This document shows positions 58,678 through 64,000 of a stretch of DNA of 64,000 nucleotides, one piece after another. The stretch lies in contig MFOC01000004.1 in the NCBI GenBank assembly GCA_001782235.1, positions 115,328 through 179,327 on the forward strand, in the 5' to 3' direction. Under the pieces are notes generated by a model. The model was not told the origin of the DNA, did no database searches, and was given only the letters and a program-made list of their open reading frames with translations. Position 1 is the stretch's first letter. Each line of letters opens with the position of its first letter. A program made the translations under genes and the position numbers. This DNA is from Candidatus Levybacteria bacterium RIFCSPHIGHO2_02_FULL_40_18 (GTDB lineage Bacteria > Patescibacteriota > Microgenomatia > Levybacterales > GWA1-39-11).

Positions 58678-61032
58678 ATGCAGTATTATAGTTCGGGTCC
58701 GCGTTCAAGAAGATTAAGGTTTCAAAGATCCTCCCTTAGACTCCTCATTTTAAGTCGCCTCACAAGGTATATTTTCTTGGGGCTGATTGGAGGAATTGTT
58801 TTGTTTTTTCTCTACTTTTTGTGGGCTTCGCGAGATCTCCCCACTCCGGGAAAACTTGCCGGCAGCGATATAAAAGATTCGACCAAAATCCTTGATAGAA
58901 ACGGCGTTGTGCTCTACTCCATATTCAAGGACTATAATCGTCTATATGTTCCACTAAAAGACGTTCCCACAGATTTGAAAGAAGCGACAATTTCAATTGA
59001 GGATAAGGATTTCTATACAAATAAAGGGTTTTCTGTGACTGGATTAATTAGAGGCTTATTGATAGACCCTATTTTAAAAAGTCGAGTTTCAGGTGGTTCA
59101 ACCATTACCCAGCAGTTGGTCAAAAATGTGCTTTTGACGCCGGAGAGAAGTATCGCAAGAAAAATGAAAGAGCTGATATTGGCGATTCAAGTAGATCAAA
59201 GGTTCTCAAAAGACGAGATTCTTGAGATGTACCTGAATAATGTTGCCTACGGAGGAACAGCAGTTGGTGTTGAGGCTGCAGCCAATCTCTACTTTGGCAA
59301 ACACGCAAAAGAACTTAATCTTGCGCAGTCTGCATTCTTGGCAGGCCTTCCGCAGGCGCCCTCAATCTATTCGCCATTTGTGGGGAAGGATAAGGCATAT
59401 ATTGCGCGAACAAAGGATGTCTTGCGAAGAATGAGAGAGGACGGGAAGATCACCCGAAAAGAGGAACAAGGAGCTTTCAAAGAAGTCGAGAGCTTTACAT
59501 TCACCCAAAAACAGGGGAATCTTAAGGCGCCTCACTTTGTGCAGTATATTCGCGAACAATTGGTGAAATTGTACGGTGAAGCGGTTGTTGAAAACGGAAA
59601 CCTAACGGTTGTTACAACACTTGACTATGAGATCCAAAAAAACGCAGAAGATATAGTATTTGAGGAAATTGAAAAAATTGAAAAATATGACGTTGGGAAT
59701 GGTGCGGCTATTGTGATGGATCCTAAAGCAGGCAGCATTTTGGCTATGGTCGGAAGCCGCGATTATTTTGACACAGAGCATGAAGGGAATTTCAATGCTG
59801 CAATAGCTCACCGGCAACCCGGATCGGCATTAAAGCCAATCATGTACGCAACGGCCTTTGAAAAAGGATACACACCGGCAACTCTACTCATGGATCTAAA
59901 AACCGAATTTCCGACCAACGTCCCTGGGCAAAAAGACTATATTCCCGTTAATTACGACGGGAAATACCGCGGCCCAATGCAGGTAAGATTTGCTCTGGGA
60001 AACTCCGAAAATGTACCTGCGGTCAAAATGCTTGCTCGTGTAGGTATAAAGCCTGTCATGCAAAAGGCATATGATATGGGTATTGAAAACTGGAAGCCGA
60101 CACAGGAAAATCTTAATAATGTTGGGTTGTCTTTGGTTCTTGGCGGTCGCGAGATAACGCTTGTTGAAATGGCGACTGCTTACTCTACCTTTGCCAACAA
60201 GGGGGTAAAAAAAGAAGCTTTTTCAATTGACGAGGTAAAGGATAGAAAAGGAAAAACAATTTACAAGCACAAAGATCAAAAAGGCGTAAAAGTTCTATCG
60301 GAAGAAGTTGCATTTTTAATTTCCCATATTCTTTTGGACAATAATGCCCGATCTGAGGTTTTTGGGACGAACTCGTTACTAAATATTGCCGGCCGAACAG
60401 TTTCCGTAAAAACCGGAACTACAGATTCAAAGCGAGACAACTGGGCTGTCGGATATACACCATCTTTTGTTGTTGCTTCTTGGGTTGGTAACAATGACAA
60501 TACTCCCATGCATCCAACAATTGCTTCGGGCGTAACAGGTGCAACACCAATTTGGAGAAGGATTACGCAATTTGTTTTGAAGGGGAAACCTGATGAAAGA
60601 TTCGGCGAACCGCAAAGTGTTGTCGCCATGCAAATCGATGCTTTTTCAGGAGGACTGCCGCGGGATGGTCAACCAACAAGGAGCGAATATTTCCTAAAAG
60701 GGACTGAACCTACAACAAATGCCGTTATTTATAAAAAAGTTAAATTGTCAAAACATCAAGGCGGAAAACTTGCGAATGAAGAGGAGATAAAGCGTGGAGA
60801 CTATGATGTAAAAGAATATATTGTTTTTGAAGAGCAGGATCCGGTTTCACGAGATGGGCGCAATCGCTGGCAGGACGCAATAAATAATTGGATTAACGAA
60901 GCCCACCCTGGAGACGATCTCTACCGCCCTCCAACAGAAGTCTCGGATCACAAATACGAACCTGAAGAAACACCAACGCCAACAATTTCGATTACACCAA
61001 CTTCGTCTTTAACCCCAACCACGGTCCCATAA
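58678..61032 (+). CDS. class A penicillin-binding protein (PBP1A family)
   Basis: EDKDF, GGSTITQQLVKN, RKMKE; SALK, SEN, KTGT. Confidence 0.96.
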   Translation: MQYYSSGPRSRRLRFQRSSLRLLILSRLTRYIFLGLIGGIVLFFLYFLWASRDLPTPGKLAGSDIKDSTKILDRNGVVLYSIFKDYNRLYVPLKDVPTDLKEATISIEDKDFYTNKGFSVTGLIRGLLIDPILKSRVSGGSTITQQLVKNVLLTPERSIARKMKELILAIQVDQRFSKDEILEMYLNNVAYGGTAVGVEAAANLYFGKHAKELNLAQSAFLAGLPQAPSIYSPFVGKDKAYIARTKDVLRRMREDGKITRKEEQGAFKEVESFTFTQKQGNLKAPHFVQYIREQLVKLYGEAVVENGNLTVVTTLDYEIQKNAEDIVFEEIEKIEKYDVGNGAAIVMDPKAGSILAMVGSRDYFDTEHEGNFNAAIAHRQPGSALKPIMYATAFEKGYTPATLLMDLKTEFPTNVPGQKDYIPVNYDGKYRGPMQVRFALGNSENVPAVKMLARVGIKPVMQKAYDMGIENWKPTQENLNNVGLSLVLGGREITLVEMATAYSTFANKGVKKEAFSIDEVKDRKGKTIYKHKDQKGVKVLSEEVAFLISHILLDNNARSEVFGTNSLLNIAGRTVSVKTGTTDSKRDNWAVGYTPSFVVASWVGNNDNTPMHPTIASGVTGATPIWRRITQFVLKGKPDERFGEPQSVVAMQIDAFSGGLPRDGQPTRSEYFLKGTEPTTNAVIYKKVKLSKHQGGKLANEEEIKRGDYDVKEYIVFEEQDPVSRDGRNRWQDAINNWINEAHPGDDLYRPPTEVSDHKYEPEETPTPTISITPTSSLTPTTVP

Positions 61033-61056
61033 TAGGTTATCTTAGAACATCTTCTA

Positions 61057-61090
61057 AAACACCTTCGGGGTGTCTCTCGATGGCACCTGA
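61057..61090. repeat. REP-like hairpin downstream of the RAYT gene
   Basis: AAACACCTTCGGGGTGTCT (61057-61075) is identical to 61795-61813. Confidence 0.85.
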
Positions 61091-61098
61091 CGTTTTAT

Positions 61099-61755
61099 TT
61101 AAACCCAACCACTTTCATAGTCTAATAGGAGATGTTTTATTTGGTCAATTTTTTTTGCGTAATCAATATGATCTAGAACAAACTGTTTATAGCTATTTTT
61201 TGTTTCGAATTGATCAAGGATGACTTCCTTTTGACAAACCTCGTTATTAATAGAATTAATATATTCTGGATAGGACGACCATCTATATGTTTCCAAGTTT
61301 TTTGTTACAAAACCGATTAACGGATTTAAATGAATGTAACGTCCAAGATGAAGAAGTTGTTCGTTTGATTCGACATGAACTGCTTTAAAATCTCCCTGGA
61401 GAATTGGTCCTACTCTATTATTTTTGATATTAAAGTATTTAGTATAGCTATTGCTTATTTTACTGATGAATTCCGAGATTCCCCCATCCGTTACTTGTTT
61501 TAATAGGAAATGGAAATGATTTGGCATAAAACAGTAAGAAATAATATCGACAATTTTTTTAGATGAATCTAATTCATAAGTTTCTGATGTAAACTTTGAG
61601 AATCGTGGTTTTTGATCATCAATTTGATAATAAAGGACGCATTTAAGAAATCTATTATAATCATAGAAATTATTAAAAATTCTCATCTTTGCGACACCGC
61701 GGTTGAATATGTGGTAGTATTCTCCGGTTGCAAGTGGTACTTTTCTTGAGGCCAT
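61099..61755 (-). mobile_element. REP-associated tyrosine transposase (RAYT, Y1/HUH, IS200-like)
   Basis: YHIFNRG, MPNHFH (HUH), YIHLNP, YRWSSY; flanked by repeated hairpins. Confidence 0.9.
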
Positions 61756-61794
61756 ATTCTAAATAAAGCAAATAATACGCCGGGTGTCAACGGT

Positions 61795-61828
61795 AAACAC
61801 CTTCGGGGTGTCTTACGATTGCACCCGC
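61795..61828. repeat. REP-like hairpin upstream of the RAYT gene
   Basis: Second copy of the 19-mer, followed by GCACCC. Confidence 0.85.
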
Positions 61829-61874
61829 AGATTTTGGATAGAGTTTATATGTTGAGTTTGCTGTAGAATTTAGG

Positions 61875-62654
61875 TCACAAGAATTTTTGAATAAATTCGA
61901 TTGTTGCACTGTCTGCTAATTCGGCGTCTTCTTTTCTATTGTGGAGGCCGTGTTCCGCCCCTTTGATAATCACAAGCGAACCATTTTTAACGAGCTTTGA
62001 ATACTTGACGGAATCTTCATAAGGGACGAAAGTATCCTTGTCTCCATGAATGAAAAGTATCGGTATTTCGACTTTCAAAAGTTCTTGCCACGGCGTAAGG
62101 GATTGTATTTTATGCATTAAATTCCTGCCTGCCTTAAACTTTCTCCGTCCAATTTCGGAAAAACCATATTTTTCGGCTCTGTCAAAAGCGAGTTTTCCCC
62201 AGTTTTCTTTTCCCCAAGGAGTCGTTACGTTTATGTGTGAGTCATAATCAATCAAAGAATTCCATAAAATGAGCGCTTTTACAACATCCTTGTGCTTTGG
62301 AATAAAAAATGAAGCTGCACCACCAGCAAAACTTGCCGCGATTAAACCGAATTTGCTAAATGCTTTCGATTCCAGATATTTTACCGCAAATTCGATATCC
62401 TCAGTCTCACCTTTTATCGTTATGTCGACAGAATTCCCTTCGCTTTCTCCGTGCCCACGAAAATCAAATCGAAAAACTGCAAATCCCGCACTTGCTAGCT
62501 TTCTAGCTAATCCTGTAAATATTCCACCTTCATCTTTGTCGACAGTTATTCCGTGGCATAAGATTATGCATTTATTTGTTTTTATGCTTGGATAAGTAAA
62601 GACCCCACAGAGTTTTAGACCATCCGTAGAATCAAAATAAACTTTCTCTTCCAT
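61875..62654 (-). CDS. alpha/beta-fold hydrolase
   Basis: HG, FDFRGHGES, ASFAG nucleophile elbow, HGDKD..V, GAEH. Confidence 0.9.
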   Translation of the reverse strand: MEEKVYFDSTDGLKLCGVFTYPSIKTNKCIILCHGITVDKDEGGIFTGLARKLASAGFAVFRFDFRGHGESEGNSVDITIKGETEDIEFAVKYLESKAFSKFGLIAASFAGGAASFFIPKHKDVVKALILWNSLIDYDSHINVTTPWGKENWGKLAFDRAEKYGFSEIGRRKFKAGRNLMHKIQSLTPWQELLKVEIPILFIHGDKDTFVPYEDSVKYSKLVKNGSLVIIKGAEHGLHNRKEDAELADSATIEFIQKFL

Positions 62655-64000
62655 TATGCCGGTTCTGCCTTAAATTTACTTTTCAAAACTGACGTAATTT
62701 TCTCGCGCAAGTTTGTTAGGTCCTCATTAGTTAGATTTTTCTCATAACTCTGGTAGATGATTCTGAAGGTCTTTTTGTTTTGAAAGATATCAAGAAGTGA
62801 AACGTCCTTTATCAGATTGCTCTGCTCGCGTATGTTTCTAACGATTTTTTCATATGGAATTGTTTCATCAATTTCAAAACGTAGGTCCTCGATTGATTCC
62901 GGGAATTTTGAAATAGGTTTATAAACTTTCTTGAGAGTTGCGTACTTAAGAATTGTTTCGAAATCGAACTCAAAGTCAATTAGGTCTTCCTCAAGTTGCT
63001 CAATCTCACCTAAGGAATCCTTGCCAATATATATCGCCGCGCCGAATGCACCACTTTCAGTTGGTTTAAATTCAAAAGCCGAAATTCCAAGATCTTCGAG
63101 TAGGGCCTCTATAATGCCTTTGACATCAAGAAAGGAAGCTTTTGGGTTTTTATCCAGTACCAAACTGGTGCTGGATTTATATATTCCTGCAAGCTTCAGC
63201 TTTTCATCAGGGAGGTTTTTTTGTTTTTTAATATATACATTTGCCAATTCAAACAACTTTAACTCGATTCGACCTTTATTTTCTCTTACCGCCTCAAGTA
63301 AACTTGGGACAAGAGATGTTCTCATGTATACATGATCCGAATCTAAGGGATTTCGAATTGTCACAGCATCGTCAGTTGACACTTCAAGTAAGTCTTCTGA
63401 AAACATGGAGTAAGTGTAAACTTCAGTGAATCCAAAAAACTTTAACGCGTCTTTGACTGTTCTCTCCCAATAGAATTGATTCGTAGCCAAGCTAAAAGGC
63501 TCACCGGTTTCAAAAGCCGGAATTCTGCTTGGCAATTTTTGATAACCATAAATCCTAACGATCTCCTCTATCAAATCCTCTTCAATTTGTACATCATTTA
63601 AGCGCCAGGATGGAACTTTTGCTTTTATATTCGAATCAATTATATTCGTTTGAAAGCCTAAATCTTCCAAAATCTTTTTAGAAGTTTTAAGAGGAATATC
63701 AGTGCCAACAATAGCGTTTATTTTTTGTTCCGAAATAGTTACCGAGATAGACTTTGGTTTGTTTGGATAAATATCCAAGACTTCTGAAATCATTTTGCCA
63801 TCTGCAATCTCCTCCAATAGCTCAACTCCACGAAGAACAGCACCGTATGCTATTTCTGGATCTGCTCCTTTCTCATTTAAGGTTGCAGCCTCGGAACGAA
63901 TAGCAAGACTCATTGATGTTTTTCTAATTCTCACGGGGTTATTATTATCAACGAACAAAAGCACTCTTTTGGTGTTGTCATCAACTGCCGAGTTTAGCGT
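62654..64000 (-). CDS. pheT: phenylalanine--tRNA ligase beta subunit (5' part outside the window)
   Basis: VPSWR.D...EDLIEEIVRIYGY, RNPL, MRTSL, C-terminal FDX-ACB domain; frame open to the window edge. Confidence 0.95.
   Translation of the reverse strand, partial: TLNSAVDDNTKRVLLFVDNNNPVRIRKTSMSLAIRSEAATLNEKGADPEIAYGAVLRGVELLEEIADGKMISEVLDIYPNKPKSISVTISEQKINAIVGTDIPLKTSKKILEDLGFQTNIIDSNIKAKVPSWRLNDVQIEEDLIEEIVRIYGYQKLPSRIPAFETGEPFSLATNQFYWERTVKDALKFFGFTEVYTYSMFSEDLLEVSTDDAVTIRNPLDSDHVYMRTSLVPSLLEAVRENKGRIELKLFELANVYIKKQKNLPDEKLKLAGIYKSSTSLVLDKNPKASFLDVKGIIEALLEDLGISAFEFKPTESGAFGAAIYIGKDSLGEIEQLEEDLIDFEFDFETILKYATLKKVYKPISKFPESIEDLRFEIDETIPYEKIVRNIREQSNLIKDVSLLDIFQNKKTFRIIYQSYEKNLTNEDLTNLREKITSVLKSKFKAEPA

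Overview
This window reads as core chromosome of a Patescibacteria/CPR bacterium, most likely Microgenomates. That assignment is inferred from gene content, few Shine-Dalgarno motifs and the repeat landscape. Left of about 27 kb, housekeeping genes are almost all on the + strand (htrA, rpsF-ssb-rpsR, cysS, dnaB, efp, yebC). To the right they are mostly on the - strand (folD, gyrA-hppA-gyrB, pilBTC, trmD-rpsP-rnc-nusB-rpmF, recG, tyrS, pheT), apart from a + strand type IV pilin/pilMNO operon, an ABC transporter and PBP1A. At the convergence lies about 1 kb of non-coding DNA. It holds an unidentified, highly structured + strand RNA candidate and an 11-6-11 palindrome that is a plausible non-canonical dif site, next to a toxin-antitoxin pair and a Xer recombinase whose leader carries two more copies of the same arm. 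The most striking pattern is a dense population of miniature palindromic elements. One MITE-like family (CCC...GGG termini, 4-bp TTTA/TCAA duplications) sits in-frame in rluA, recG and two prepilin genes, where it rebuilds the G|FT cleavage site. A related family sits at promoters, other hairpins sit inside ssb, NIF3 and folD, and element halves are fused to tRNA fragments. Also present are inverted 7-9-mer arrays in most intergenic gaps, a RAYT transposase flanked by 19-bp repeats, and a 3.4-kb glycosyltransferase+Kelch cassette bracketed by a duplicated kinase 5' end. All calls were made by eye; no searches or folding programs were run.
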